The translations under genes were made by a program, and so were the position numbers. A model generated the notes under the pieces. The model made no database searches. It saw only the letters and a program-made list of their open reading frames with translations, and was not told the DNA's origin. From an uncultured Gammaproteobacteria bacterium (GTDB lineage Bacteria > Pseudomonadota > Gammaproteobacteria > UBA9214), in the NCBI GenBank assembly GCA_963748215.1, contig CAVVHS010000006.1, positions 640,001-704,000 of the forward strand: a stretch of 64,000 nt of DNA. The letters run 5' to 3'. Positions 35,580-45,095 of this stretch are shown one piece after another. The stretch's first letter is position 1, and each line of letters opens with the position of its first letter.

Positions 35580-35655
35580 TGGTGGAGCCGAGGAGGATCG
35601 AACTCCCGACCTCTTCATTGCGAACGAAGCGCTCTCCCAGCTGAGCTACGGCCCC
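35580..35655 (-). tRNA. tRNA-Ala(CGC)
   Basis: GGGGCCGTAGCTCAGCTGGGAGAGC...CTTCG TT CGC AA TGAAG...GGCTCCACCA; G3:U70 pair. Confidence 0.96.
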
Positions 35656-35801
35656 TCTGAATAATCTGGTGTCCGGTTATGAATCTACAGCAGCCGTCAC
35701 GCCCGGTGGTCCATTCTAGCACTGGTGCAGGGGCGGCTGCCAACGCTGCACATTCACCCGGCCCGCCGGCAAGTACCTGCCCCGGGGAGCCGTCAGCCGG
35801 G

Positions 35802-38009
35802 CTAGACCTTGCGCCGTGCGCTGATGACGTTGGGCAACTGGCTGATTTTGGTCAGTACCCGGCTGAGCTGGCTGATATCCCTGATTTCCAGGGTCAACAT
35901 CATGCGCGCGATGCCGTCATGTTCATCGGTCGACGTATTGGCACCGCTCAGGTTGATTTTCTCGTTGGACAGCAGCGCGGTGATGTCGCGCAGCAGGCCG
36001 GACCGGTCATACGCCTCGACCATGATATCGACCTGGTAGGCACGATCCGCTGACAGACCCCAGTCAACCTCGATCAGTCGTGCGCGATCATCGCCCTGCA
36101 AGCGCAGGATGTTGCCGCAATCCTGCCGGTGCACGGTCACACCACGACCGCGCGTGATATAGCCGACGACGGGATCGCTGGGTACCGGCCGGCAACAGCG
36201 CGCCATCGTGGTGAGCAGGTTACCCACACCCTGAATACTGATGCCTTCGTCGAGATTGTCATCCGTTCGCCTGGCGGCGCGCTGACTGCGTGGTCGCAGC
36301 ATTTCGCCCTGCGGCACCAGATCGTTGACGGCATTGGCCAGCTGGGCGGTGGAAACATCCCCGCTGCCGAACGCTGCGAGCATATCATCGGCCTTGCGAA
36401 AACCGAGTCGCTCGGCGATCCGGTCAACCGGCAGGCTGGACACGCCCAGCCGGTGCAGTTCGCGATCGAGGATGCCACGGCCGCCGCTGATGTTGTGTTC
36501 GTAGTCCTGGTGCTTGAACCAGGCGCGCACGCGCGATTTCGCGCGCGAAGTCACCAGGTAACCCTGATGTGTGTTCAGCCAGTCCCGGCTGGGCTTCCCC
36601 TGCCGCGTCGTGAGCACCTCGACCTGTTCACCGTTCCTGAGCTGGTAGGTCAGCGGTACGATGCGGCCGTTCACCTTGGCGCCCCGGCATCGATGACCGA
36701 TTTCGGTATGTACCGCATAGGCGAAATCGAGCGGCGTCGCGCCCTGCGGGAGATCGATAATCCTGCCCTGCGGTGTCAGCACATAGACCCGCTCCTGAAA
36801 GGCCTCGGACTTGAAACGGTCAACGAAATCGTGCGCGCTGTGCTCCTCGTCCTTCCACTCCAGCAACTGGCGCAGCCAGGCGATTTTTTCCTCGTAGCCG
36901 GCGTCGAATCCGCTGCCTTCCTTGTAGCGCCAGTGTGCCGCGACACCCAGCTCGGCATGCCGGTGCATGTCATAGGTCCGGATCTGCACTTCGAGGGTAC
37001 GGCCTTCCGGACCCACCACCGCGGTATGCAGTGACCGGTAGAGGTTCTCCTTGGGATTGGCGATGTAGTCATCGAACTCTCTGGGTATGTGACGCCAAAG
37101 GCCGTGCACGACTCCCAGCGCCGCGTAGCAGTCCTTTTCCTCATCGACCAGGATACGCACCGCCCGCATATCGAAAACCTGGTCGAAATCGATGTGCTTG
37201 CGCTGCATCTTGCGCCAGATGCTGTTGATATGTTTGGGACGGCCGGAGACCGTCGCCTTGATCCCCGCCTTTGCCAGCTCGGTACCCAGGGTATCGATCA
37301 CGCGCTGGATATAGCCTTCCCGGTCTGCGCGCTTCTCGGCCAGCTGCTTTGCCAGCGATTGATAGGCTTCCGGTTCGAGGTAGCGTAATGCCAGGTCCTC
37401 GAGCTCCCACTTGATTTGCCAGATACCCAGGCGATTCGCCAGTGGTGCATAGATCTCGCGGGTTTCGTGCGCGATCCGTTGCTGACGCGCACTGTCCAGA
37501 TGCTGCAGTGTACGCATGTTGTGCAGGCGGTCGGCGAGCTTGATCAGCACGACGCGCACATCGTCGGCCATCGCGAGCAACAGCTTGCGCAGGCTCTCGG
37601 CCTGTTGCTGCTGCTTGCTGTCGGACGAGATCGACTGCTGGAAATCACCGATCCGTTCCATCTTGGTGACGCCGTCGACCAGTTTCCCGATGACCGCACC
37701 GAAATCCCTGCCGATGTCGTCCAGGGTAATGTCGGTGTCCTCGACGACGTCGTGCAGGATCGCGGCTGCCAGCGTCTCGTAATCGAGGTTCAGGCCGTCG
37801 AGGATCTCGGCAACCGACAGCGAGTGCTGGTAGTAAGGTTCGCCGGAAACCCGTTGCTGCCCGTGATGGGCGTCGCGCGCCAGCTGTGCGGCCCTGGCGA
37901 GCACCTGCTGCTGCGGCCCGGGGCGATCCGCCAGCAACACGTCCAGTCGCTGCTGGAACTGCATGGCCTCAGCATGCCCGGGAGATTGATTCTGCACCTG
38001 TTCTGTCAT
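35802..38009 (-). CDS. relA: (p)ppGpp synthetase RelA (long RSH)
   Basis: APLANRLGIWQIKWELED, EFDD synthetase motif, TGS, CC zinc-finger, ACT; start placed at MTEQVQ. Confidence 0.9.
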   Translation of the reverse strand: MTEQVQNQSPGHAEAMQFQQRLDVLLADRPGPQQQVLARAAQLARDAHHGQQRVSGEPYYQHSLSVAEILDGLNLDYETLAAAILHDVVEDTDITLDDIGRDFGAVIGKLVDGVTKMERIGDFQQSISSDSKQQQQAESLRKLLLAMADDVRVVLIKLADRLHNMRTLQHLDSARQQRIAHETREIYAPLANRLGIWQIKWELEDLALRYLEPEAYQSLAKQLAEKRADREGYIQRVIDTLGTELAKAGIKATVSGRPKHINSIWRKMQRKHIDFDQVFDMRAVRILVDEEKDCYAALGVVHGLWRHIPREFDDYIANPKENLYRSLHTAVVGPEGRTLEVQIRTYDMHRHAELGVAAHWRYKEGSGFDAGYEEKIAWLRQLLEWKDEEHSAHDFVDRFKSEAFQERVYVLTPQGRIIDLPQGATPLDFAYAVHTEIGHRCRGAKVNGRIVPLTYQLRNGEQVEVLTTRQGKPSRDWLNTHQGYLVTSRAKSRVRAWFKHQDYEHNISGGRGILDRELHRLGVSSLPVDRIAERLGFRKADDMLAAFGSGDVSTAQLANAVNDLVPQGEMLRPRSQRAARRTDDNLDEGISIQGVGNLLTTMARCCRPVPSDPVVGYITRGRGVTVHRQDCGNILRLQGDDRARLIEVDWGLSADRAYQVDIMVEAYDRSGLLRDITALLSNEKINLSGANTSTDEHDGIARMMLTLEIRDISQLSRVLTKISQLPNVISARRKV

Positions 38010-38248
38010 GGGTGTTGTATTGCCAGCCGCCTCACACACAATGGATCGACGGCTTTCTGGCGTGATACGCGCCGGATCCGTAACGGCACGGCAATGCCGG
38101 CCCTTACAAAGGATATCCATAAGTATATGATTATTCAATATGTTTACAACAGGAAACCTGTTGACAGAACAATCCGGCAAGAAAAAAGGCTGCCCCTTGG
38201 CAGCCTGTATGGATGTTACCGCACCTGCCCGGGCGTGTTGACCGGCCG

Positions 38249-39796
38249 TCAGCGTTGCGCCGATCCGCGTGGGTCGGGTGACGCCTGCGGCGGGGTGGCC
38301 TTGCCGGATTCGACAACCGACAGCGACGCAACCGTGCCGGGCGGCACTGCCGCCACCTTGCCGGACGGGTCGGTGAACGCATCGTTCAGCGTCTGTACAT
38401 AGCGGTTGGCATCGGCGACGACGCGGTGCAGACGCTTGCGGCTGCCCTGCCCCCAACCGACCGGATGCTTCATGAATATACTCAGCCAGGGCCTGGTGTT
38501 GAACAGGAAGGCCCGCGTCAGGCGATTGCGGTAGAGTCCCGGGGCAACCTGCCTCGCGATCTGCTTTACGACATGACCGGCCGCAAGCTTGCGCACCTTG
38601 AAGTGCAACCAGGCAAACACACCGATAAACACCGCGATGAACACCACCATGCCAACCGAATTCGCGGTGGAGCCATGCCACCATTGCGGCCAGGCCCAGC
38701 GCCAGCCGTCACGGAAGCCCAGCACACCTGACATCAGCGTGATCGCGACCATTAGCAGGATTCCCAGTGCGACGTCACCCCACAGCGTCAACTTGCGCCA
38801 CCGTGACTTGTACACCGCCACCTGGGGGACCACCTTTTCCTCGATTTGATGGGCCAGTTTCTCCAGCGCACCGGTGATCCGGTAGGCACGCTCGACATTG
38901 ACACCCTCGATCCGCCGGTAGATTTCCGCAAGGTCGTGATCGCGTTTTGACTCGTAGCGATGGCGCAGCGCCTCGTTTTCAATGGTCACTGCGGCTTCCG
39001 GATTGTAGATACAGTAAAACCGGCCTGCTGAAAGCCCTTCCTGTGCCAGTGCGCGTTGCCAGGCCCCGACCACCTCCTCGGGGTTGTCATCCCGGGCCGT
39101 GGTGTCCATCTGGTTGAGAATGAACAGGAACTTGGTGGCATCGGGGCGGTGAATGGTCTGACCGACCAGATGCGTCAGTGTATCGCGCATCGCGCCGGGC
39201 TCCGGATGCCGGGCATCGAAAAACACCAGCACGAGATCGGACAGGTCGATGATGTGATCGGTCAGGCGCAGGGTTGCGTTGCGTTGCGAGTCCGCGTCGA
39301 AGCCGGGTGAATCAATGATAATGCGGCCGCGCAGTTTTTCGCTGGCGCTGGTTTTCAATTGCAGGTAGGTATCCACGCGGCGTCCTTCGCCACGTGCCAC
39401 GTGCTCGATTTCCTTGCTGATCTGGTAAAACGGGAAGCGCGGATCTGCATCCAGTGCCGTTCCGGGTATGGCCTGTGCGTGACGCTCGCTGCCGTAGCAA
39501 ATAACGGTGAACTTGTCGTCGACGGCCTGATTGCCGGTATTCTGCAACGACTCACCGAGGTAATGGTTGATGAAGGTCGACTTGCCTGCCGAGAACGTAC
39601 CAAGAACGGAAATCATCGGCCACCAGGAAATCTGCGTGGCGAACGACTGCTCGGTGCCGAGCAGGCCAAGCGCGCGGCCAACCCGGTCCAGCTGCTGATA
39701 ACTCTGTACCGATGCCACCAGCACCGGATTTTCCTTGGTCAGATGCTCTTCCAGACTCCTGAGCCGCTGTTTGATGGTTTTCCCCGCACTGGACAT
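38249..39796 (-). CDS. dynamin-like/EHD-like GTPase with two TM helices
   Basis: G1 GTFSAGKS, G3 DSPG, G4-like NQMD, helical stalk, two hydrophobic segments. Confidence 0.85.
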   Translation of the reverse strand: MSSAGKTIKQRLRSLEEHLTKENPVLVASVQSYQQLDRVGRALGLLGTEQSFATQISWWPMISVLGTFSAGKSTFINHYLGESLQNTGNQAVDDKFTVICYGSERHAQAIPGTALDADPRFPFYQISKEIEHVARGEGRRVDTYLQLKTSASEKLRGRIIIDSPGFDADSQRNATLRLTDHIIDLSDLVLVFFDARHPEPGAMRDTLTHLVGQTIHRPDATKFLFILNQMDTTARDDNPEEVVGAWQRALAQEGLSAGRFYCIYNPEAAVTIENEALRHRYESKRDHDLAEIYRRIEGVNVERAYRITGALEKLAHQIEEKVVPQVAVYKSRWRKLTLWGDVALGILLMVAITLMSGVLGFRDGWRWAWPQWWHGSTANSVGMVVFIAVFIGVFAWLHFKVRKLAAGHVVKQIARQVAPGLYRNRLTRAFLFNTRPWLSIFMKHPVGWGQGSRKRLHRVVADANRYVQTLNDAFTDPSGKVAAVPPGTVASLSVVESGKATPPQASPDPRGSAQR

Positions 39797-39823
39797 GGTT
39801 GCCTTCCTTAACTGCAGGTTGTT

Positions 39824-40102
39824 TTAACCCCGGCCGCTGTTCAAGGCCGCTTGCGGCACCTGATTCTCAAGCCGCTGCGCCATCCGTTCCTGCTGGTACG
39901 GGAAGTTGCCACTGACCATCATCATCGGTCCGGTGGTATCGTGCATGGTATGGTTCATGCACCCCGTATCGTTTCTTATGTGGTACATGGGAATCGTCAT
40001 GCCACCGACCCATTGGTTGATGTTCTCCAGCCTGACCGGCAAATGACCCATGTCCCGCGACCCGAAACCGGCATCCGTGGCAATCATGGACTCGCCGGAC
40101 AA
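39824..40102 (-). other. Met-rich short ORF or gene remnant
   Basis: NINQWVGGMTIPMYHIRNDTGCMNHTMHDTTGPMMMV shows periodic Met; co-oriented within the cluster; no clear start. Confidence 0.3.
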
Positions 40103-40178
40103 GCCTCATCAACACGTTGCCCCGGGATATCCGGGTTTCCTAACCTTCATGTTATGGACATTCGTCCGGAAATGCCGT

Positions 40179-40787
40179 TCAGAACTCGCCGTTCGCGCCA
40201 CGGTTCATGATATCGAGAATGATGTCCTTGACCTGATTCGCTTCTTCGAAGAGTTCCGGCGGAAGTTCCTTGCCACCGTGGATCATCATGTCCATGTTGA
40301 GCGTATAGATCCAGAATTTGCCTTCCTTGTCCTCTACCAGTGAAACACGGCATGGCAGGTAAGCAGAAAACGCATCCGAGTATTCGATCATCTTGGCCGC
40401 GGTCAGCGGATTGCAGAACATGTAGATTTTCCAGAAACGCTGCGGCTCACCGGTCATGGTTGCAACCTGCTCCGAGAGAGGCAGCTCGCCGACGTTCTTG
40501 ATGTTGTGCTCGTTGGCAACGAAACGCATGGTCTGTTCGACATCTTCCACGCTCAGTCCATCAGCCACGGGGATCTTCCAGACGGTCGCCTCTGCTGCAT
40601 TACCGCTTTCGAGCAGGTTCTTCGTCATGGTCAGGTACACTTCCGGCGCCTTGTCATCGAAATCGGAAAAGTTGCCGATTTGCTTCAGACCCTGTATTCC
40701 GAAACTGTCACTCATGGCAAGCCATACGACACCGGCAACAAGTGCAAGCCCGGCCAGCGCAAGAAGATTCCAGATTAGTCTGATCAT
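40179..40787 (-). CDS. DUF302 domain protein
   Basis: N-terminal TM, IYMFCNP...AYLPCRVSLVED. Confidence 0.85.
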   Translation of the reverse strand: MIRLIWNLLALAGLALVAGVVWLAMSDSFGIQGLKQIGNFSDFDDKAPEVYLTMTKNLLESGNAAEATVWKIPVADGLSVEDVEQTMRFVANEHNIKNVGELPLSEQVATMTGEPQRFWKIYMFCNPLTAAKMIEYSDAFSAYLPCRVSLVEDKEGKFWIYTLNMDMMIHGGKELPPELFEEANQVKDIILDIMNRGANGEF

Positions 40788-40817
40788 GTTTTTCTCCGGG
40801 TTTTGTATTGGTCAATG

Positions 40818-41795
40818 TCAGGGAGTAGCGGATTCCGCTGCATTGATCTGTTGTTCCAGATCTCCGGCCTGCTCCCCGTTCAGGCCGCGAATCACCTCGA
40901 CCAGCTGACGCGCCCTGTCATACATCCCCTGCGCTGCCAGCCGCGTCCCGGCCTCGTAATACGAGGCGGATGCCTTGTCCCAGTCACCCTGCGAAAAATA
41001 CATGTTGCCGAGTTCGCCATAACCATCCGGATTGCCGGGCTCCAGGGCGATAAGCTCCTGGTATTTCTGTTCGGCAGCCGCGTAGTCCCTGAGCCAGTAG
41101 GCCTCGCGCGCCGCTGCGAGAACCCGGTACGGCGTGACGGCAGGCGTTTTACGCGCAGGGACGGGGGGCGGCGGCACGTCGGGCTCGACAGGGCCTGCGC
41201 CGCCCGCGTCGTCTGGCAAGGGTGTCGCCACCGTTGCTGCAACAGCCGGCTCGGGTGCTGCAGCGTCGATTGCGGCCCTGGCGGCCGGTTCCGGGGCCAC
41301 AATGCCTGTCTCGTCAACCGCCGGCTGCTGTGGAATTTGCTGCGGTTCGGCAACCGGTGGAACGGGTGCTTGCGCTGCCTGCTGTGCAGTGGCCGCGCCC
41401 GCGGCTGCAGTCTCGTCGACCATTTCCGTCACCGCTTGCCCTGCGGCACCAGCATCCTCCGCCGGCATATTCGCTGCAGGTTCGGCGGACGACGGCAGTT
41501 CCGCCGTGCTGCTGTCGCTTGATGCGTAGGGCATGAATTCCGGTTCCGGTTCCGGTGTCGCAGATTCATCAGCAGTGACATCACTGCCAGCCGGCTGTGC
41601 CGGCACTGAGATCGCAGCCTTGCCGCTGTCTGCCTCCCGGCTTCCGGCGCTTTCGCCCGGCTTGTGCCCAAGCGACAGAAAATCCGGCAAATCATATTCC
41701 GAAAACAGTTCACCCCGGTAGATCAGCCCGATTGCCAGTAGCGCGACCACGACCAGCGCAAATCCATGGCTCAGGATACGTGCGAAGAGATTCAT
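40818..41795 (-). CDS. membrane-anchored Pro/Ala-rich protein with C-terminal TPR
   Basis: TM helix, low-complexity linker, AREAYW...PGNPDGYGELGNMY. Confidence 0.8.
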   Translation of the reverse strand: MNLFARILSHGFALVVVALLAIGLIYRGELFSEYDLPDFLSLGHKPGESAGSREADSGKAAISVPAQPAGSDVTADESATPEPEPEFMPYASSDSSTAELPSSAEPAANMPAEDAGAAGQAVTEMVDETAAAGAATAQQAAQAPVPPVAEPQQIPQQPAVDETGIVAPEPAARAAIDAAAPEPAVAATVATPLPDDAGGAGPVEPDVPPPPVPARKTPAVTPYRVLAAAREAYWLRDYAAAEQKYQELIALEPGNPDGYGELGNMYFSQGDWDKASASYYEAGTRLAAQGMYDRARQLVEVIRGLNGEQAGDLEQQINAAESATP

Positions 41796-41815
41796 TACCT
41801 TGCTCCTACTTCCGG

Positions 41816-42478
41816 TTAATTCAGTCTGCCGGCCACTTCGGGATAGAGTGCCGATGCGAGCACGCGAAATTCATTGGCGGCCTTGCTCTGCGGCCACATT
41901 TCAAACACAGCCAGACCTTCGCTCAATGAACGCCTGAAACTGGTGCGCATTTTCAGCCGCTGCGGCAGCACCTCATCGATTCCCGGCAACATGCGCAGCG
42001 CTGCTTCGGTTTCATGCGTCTCGCGTATCGACTTGTTGGTGTCCGCACGATTGACGAATGCCATGGTCCTCTGCCTGCCATTCATTTTTACCGCTTCCAG
42101 ATCGGGGCCGAGAATATGCAGGAATCGTTGCGTCGCCCAGACATCCGCCTGGCTGGGCGGCACCGGGATGAGAATCCTGTCAGCCGATGTCATGGCCTCC
42201 TTCATCGCCGCCATGTTCGCCGCGCCAACATCCACGAGGACTTCGCAATCCCGATGCGACATGAGCTGTTCACTGAGTACCGCACGGACCGAATGTATCG
42301 TCAGGTCCGGCCGGATACCGATTTCGCGCCGCAGGCCGCCCAGGTCGCTGAATGTGCATTGCGGGTCGAGATCATAGCCAACGACACGGCGGCCATTTCT
42401 CTCCAGCCACACCGCAAGATTGAATGCGACGGTACTCTTTCCCGAGCCACCTTTCAGATTTGCGATTACAGTGATCAT
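41816..42478 (-). CDS. small ParA/MinD-family ATPase
   Basis: NLKGGSGKST deviant Walker A, DLDPQ, ILIPVPPSQAD; no parB adjacent. Confidence 0.88.
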   Translation of the reverse strand: MITVIANLKGGSGKSTVAFNLAVWLERNGRRVVGYDLDPQCTFSDLGGLRREIGIRPDLTIHSVRAVLSEQLMSHRDCEVLVDVGAANMAAMKEAMTSADRILIPVPPSQADVWATQRFLHILGPDLEAVKMNGRQRTMAFVNRADTNKSIRETHETEAALRMLPGIDEVLPQRLKMRTSFRRSLSEGLAVFEMWPQSKAANEFRVLASALYPEVAGRLN

Positions 42479-42544
42479 TGCCCGAGTCCGAACCCTCCTG
42501 AAAAATGGTTTGACTGCAGGCTCAGCACCCGCGTCAACGCGACG

Positions 42545-43306
42545 CTAGTTCCCACTGCCTTGCGGCATGCTGATCTCCTTGTAGCCAGCGGGGACAGAGA
42601 ATAATTCAGCAGGCTGTGCCTGCTGCTTGATATTGATCAAATTCCGTGTGAATCCACCGGGCTGTTCCTCGCTGATAATCATCTGCAGTGCCGGATCATA
42701 CCACTGGTATGAAACCATGCTCTGGCCATTGGTATAGCTGGCGGACATTTCCCACTTCTCGGCGCTGCGGCCGTTGACCTGCTCGACGCCCAGCATGCGG
42801 GCCTCCATGGAAGAACCGTCCGGCATGACCTGGCGTACCGGTATCCGGCGCTCCTCGTCGAGCCAGAACTGCATACTGCCACCCTCACCGCTTGCGACGC
42901 TGCTCACTTCCCATTTCCTGGCCTTGCGACCGTTGACGACCTCGATACCGCCCTCTTTGCATGTCAGGTTCTGCATACCCGCGCAGGGATTCCCGTCGGA
43001 TTCTCCCGTGCCCTGCTGCATCATATCCTGCTCTCCCGCATGCCTGTGCATGTAGGACTTCTCGGCAGGATTGATAATCACCGCTTCCTGTCTGTCCAGG
43101 TCGATGATCTGGATAATATTCTGTCCATTCATATCATACTCTGTGCGGACCTTGTTCTTGCCGATATACAGTTTGCCTGTGTGCTCACCCTGCTGCGGGT
43201 GGGATTCGACAGTATCCGCTGAAAATTCGACAACCGGTTGTGCCGCCGATACAGGCTGAATCGACAACACCAGTACAGTAAACAATGAAAGCAAAATGGA
43301 TCGCAT
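42545..43306 (-). CDS. periplasmic DUF4412/LolA-like repeat protein
   Basis: Signal peptide; duplicated G.E.VNGR.A.KWE motif; ELFSVPAGYKE C-terminus. Confidence 0.7.
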   Translation of the reverse strand: MRSILLSLFTVLVLSIQPVSAAQPVVEFSADTVESHPQQGEHTGKLYIGKNKVRTEYDMNGQNIIQIIDLDRQEAVIINPAEKSYMHRHAGEQDMMQQGTGESDGNPCAGMQNLTCKEGGIEVVNGRKARKWEVSSVASGEGGSMQFWLDEERRIPVRQVMPDGSSMEARMLGVEQVNGRSAEKWEMSASYTNGQSMVSYQWYDPALQMIISEEQPGGFTRNLINIKQQAQPAELFSVPAGYKEISMPQGSGN

Positions 43307-43353
43307 TTCGTGTGCCCTCTGGTTCACTTTTTTACTGGCCGTGATTGTAAAAG

Positions 43354-43391
43354 AAACGAGCCAAAACACAGTAATGTGTTTTGGCTCGTTT
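43354..43391 (-). terminator. intrinsic terminator after the sgp genes
   Basis: 17-bp stem AAACGAGCCAAAACACA/TGTGTTTTGGCTCGTTT with a U-rich tail on the minus strand. Confidence 0.8.
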
Positions 43392-43404
43392 ACATGTCTA
43401 ACTA

Positions 43405-43812
43405 CTACCTGGCTTCGCCAGCGGGAGCTGCCGGGGCTGCCGGGGCACCGTAGCCATACGGTGCGCCACCACCATAGCCGCCGGGATAACCGCCATAGCC
43501 GCCAGGATAGCCGCCATAACCGCCATAACCGCCACCAGGATAGCCACCATAGCCATAGCCAGGATAGCCGTAGGGGCCATAGCCGCCGTAGCCATAGCCA
43601 CGACCATAGCCACGACCATGGCCACGACCGGAACCACCACCGCTCATGTTGAAGTCCATATCACCCCAACCATCACCGTCGAAGGGGCCCCAGTCGGAAC
43701 CCCAGTTGTCACCACCGCCCCATGGACCACCGCCCCAGGCATGGGCGGCCATAGGTGCAGCCATCAAGCCGGCAACGGCAGCGGCACACAGAGTTTTCGT
43801 TACTTTCTTCAT
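43405..43812 (-). CDS. sulfur globule protein (SgpA/SgpB, CV1/CV2-like)
   Basis: Signal peptide [12 protein letters not shown]...[17 protein letters not shown], then Gly/Tyr/Pro repeats. Confidence 0.85.
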   Translation of the reverse strand: MKKVTKTLCAAAVAGLMAAPMAAHAWGGGPWGGGDNWGSDWGPFDGDGWGDMDFNMSGGGSGRGHGRGYGRGYGYGGYGPYGYPGYGYGGYPGGGYGGYGGYPGGYGGYPGGYGGGAPYGYGAPAAPAAPAGEAR

Positions 43813-43945
43813 TTCACTATCTCCTGATTATTGTGCTTACAAGTCATCTTGCAAACAATTCTCCCCTTTCAAATGAAACCAGCAGCCAAAGGGAGGAAGC
43901 ATTGCTGATCAACAAAAGACTTTGTTTACTGCGTGCAGGTCACCG

Positions 43946-44320
43946 TTACCAGCCGGGACCACCATAGCCACCGCCGGGATAGCCACCACCATAGCCACCG
44001 CCGGGATAGCCACCACCATAGCCACCGCCGGGATAGCCACCACCATAGCCACCGCCGGGATAGCCACCGTAACCGTAGGGGCCATAGCCGCCATAACCAT
44101 AGTTACGGCCATAGCCACGACCATAACCGGAACCACGACCACCGCCGCTCATGTTGAAGTCCATATCACCCCAACCATCGCCGTCGAAGGGGCCCCAGTC
44201 GGAACCCCAGTTGTCACCACCGCCCCAGGGGCCCCCACCCCAGGCATGGGCAGCGGAGAAGGGCAGCGAGATCAGGCCGGCAACGGCAACGACACGTAAA
44301 ACCTTGTTAACCACTTTCAT
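43946..44320 (-). CDS. sulfur globule protein paralogue
   Basis: Same WGGGPW...DFNMSGGG core; GGYPGGGYG repeats; GAGG RBS. Confidence 0.85.
   Translation of the reverse strand: MKVVNKVLRVVAVAGLISLPFSAAHAWGGGPWGGGDNWGSDWGPFDGDGWGDMDFNMSGGGRGSGYGRGYGRNYGYGGYGPYGYGGYPGGGYGGGYPGGGYGGGYPGGGYGGGYPGGGYGGPGW
43959..44066. repeat. 27-bp tandem repeat x4 in the second sgp gene
   Basis: CCACCATAGCCACCGCCGGGATAGCCA, four perfect copies. Confidence 0.95.
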
Positions 44321-44372
44321 CGGGTACAACCTCAATCTGTTGAGAAAAAACCGCAATATTCGATTGCGGGTG

Positions 44373-45062
44373 CTACCAATAATATCCGGGTGTTGCATTA
44401 TTCAGGGTTGTACCGGGCTGTCCTGAATTCTGTCCGGTATAGCCATTGTACGCAGGCGGATTCAAGCCCGGCTGCTGGCCGGGCATCTGCCAGGTATCCA
44501 TACTCTGACCTGCTGCGGCATTCCCGTCCCGGGAATTGCCCGGCACGCCCCACGGCCTCTGTACCGGCTGGTACTGCGGTTGCGCCGGGTAAGGCTGGTA
44601 CTGTGGCGCAGGCTGGTATGGCTGCTGGTATTGCGGCGCGGGCTGGTAGGGTTGTGGCTGCACGACCGGTTGCTGCATCGGGGTCTGTCCGTATCCGCCC
44701 CAGCCGCCGCTGACGGGATACTGCGGCATCCCCTGCTGTGCAGGATACGGTGCCGGCTGCCAGGCCTGGCCGGTGGGAGCGTAACCCTGTCCGTACTGTG
44801 CGGGGGGCGCAGCCGTTATCTGCTGTTGCTGCATACCCTGTCCTGGAGCCGGTGGAAATACGTAATACGGCGACTGCTGATGCTTGGGTGTCGGGTACCA
44901 TTCCCTGACCTGTATCGAAGCGTCCGGTTGCACGGACTTATCCTGTGTTGCCGGCATGTGTTCAGGCTCATCTGCTGCACAGGCGCTAACCAGTAAGACG
45001 GCGACACAAACAAGTAATCTTGATATTTTGCAATTGACAAATGGAACTGTCTCCTGATTCAT
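44373..45062 (-). CDS. Pro/Gln/Tyr-rich lipoprotein
   Basis: Lipobox LVSAC; QPYQPAPQY repeats; RPWG motif. Confidence 0.75.
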   Translation of the reverse strand: MNQETVPFVNCKISRLLVCVAVLLVSACAADEPEHMPATQDKSVQPDASIQVREWYPTPKHQQSPYYVFPPAPGQGMQQQQITAAPPAQYGQGYAPTGQAWQPAPYPAQQGMPQYPVSGGWGGYGQTPMQQPVVQPQPYQPAPQYQQPYQPAPQYQPYPAQPQYQPVQRPWGVPGNSRDGNAAAGQSMDTWQMPGQQPGLNPPAYNGYTGQNSGQPGTTLNNATPGYYW

Positions 45063-45095
45063 GTCATCACTGTTGACCGGAAAATCACACCCATA

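Noticed and set aside
28074-35655. Integrative genomic island between tRNA-Leu and tRNA-Arg
   Set aside because: No integrase and no duplicated tRNA 3' end (att site) seen; composition similar to the flanks
35580-35655. tRNA-Ala(CGC) as a novelty
   Set aside because: Absent in E. coli but expected in GC-rich bacteria
38010-38684. 225-aa N-terminal extension of RelA in the ORF track
   Set aside because: Overlaps the dynamin gene in another frame and is non-homologous; the real start is near 38009
43959-44066. CRISPR-like repeat array
   Set aside because: Repeats are contiguous without spacers and encode Gly/Tyr/Pro repeats; no cas genes (same for 46714-46908)
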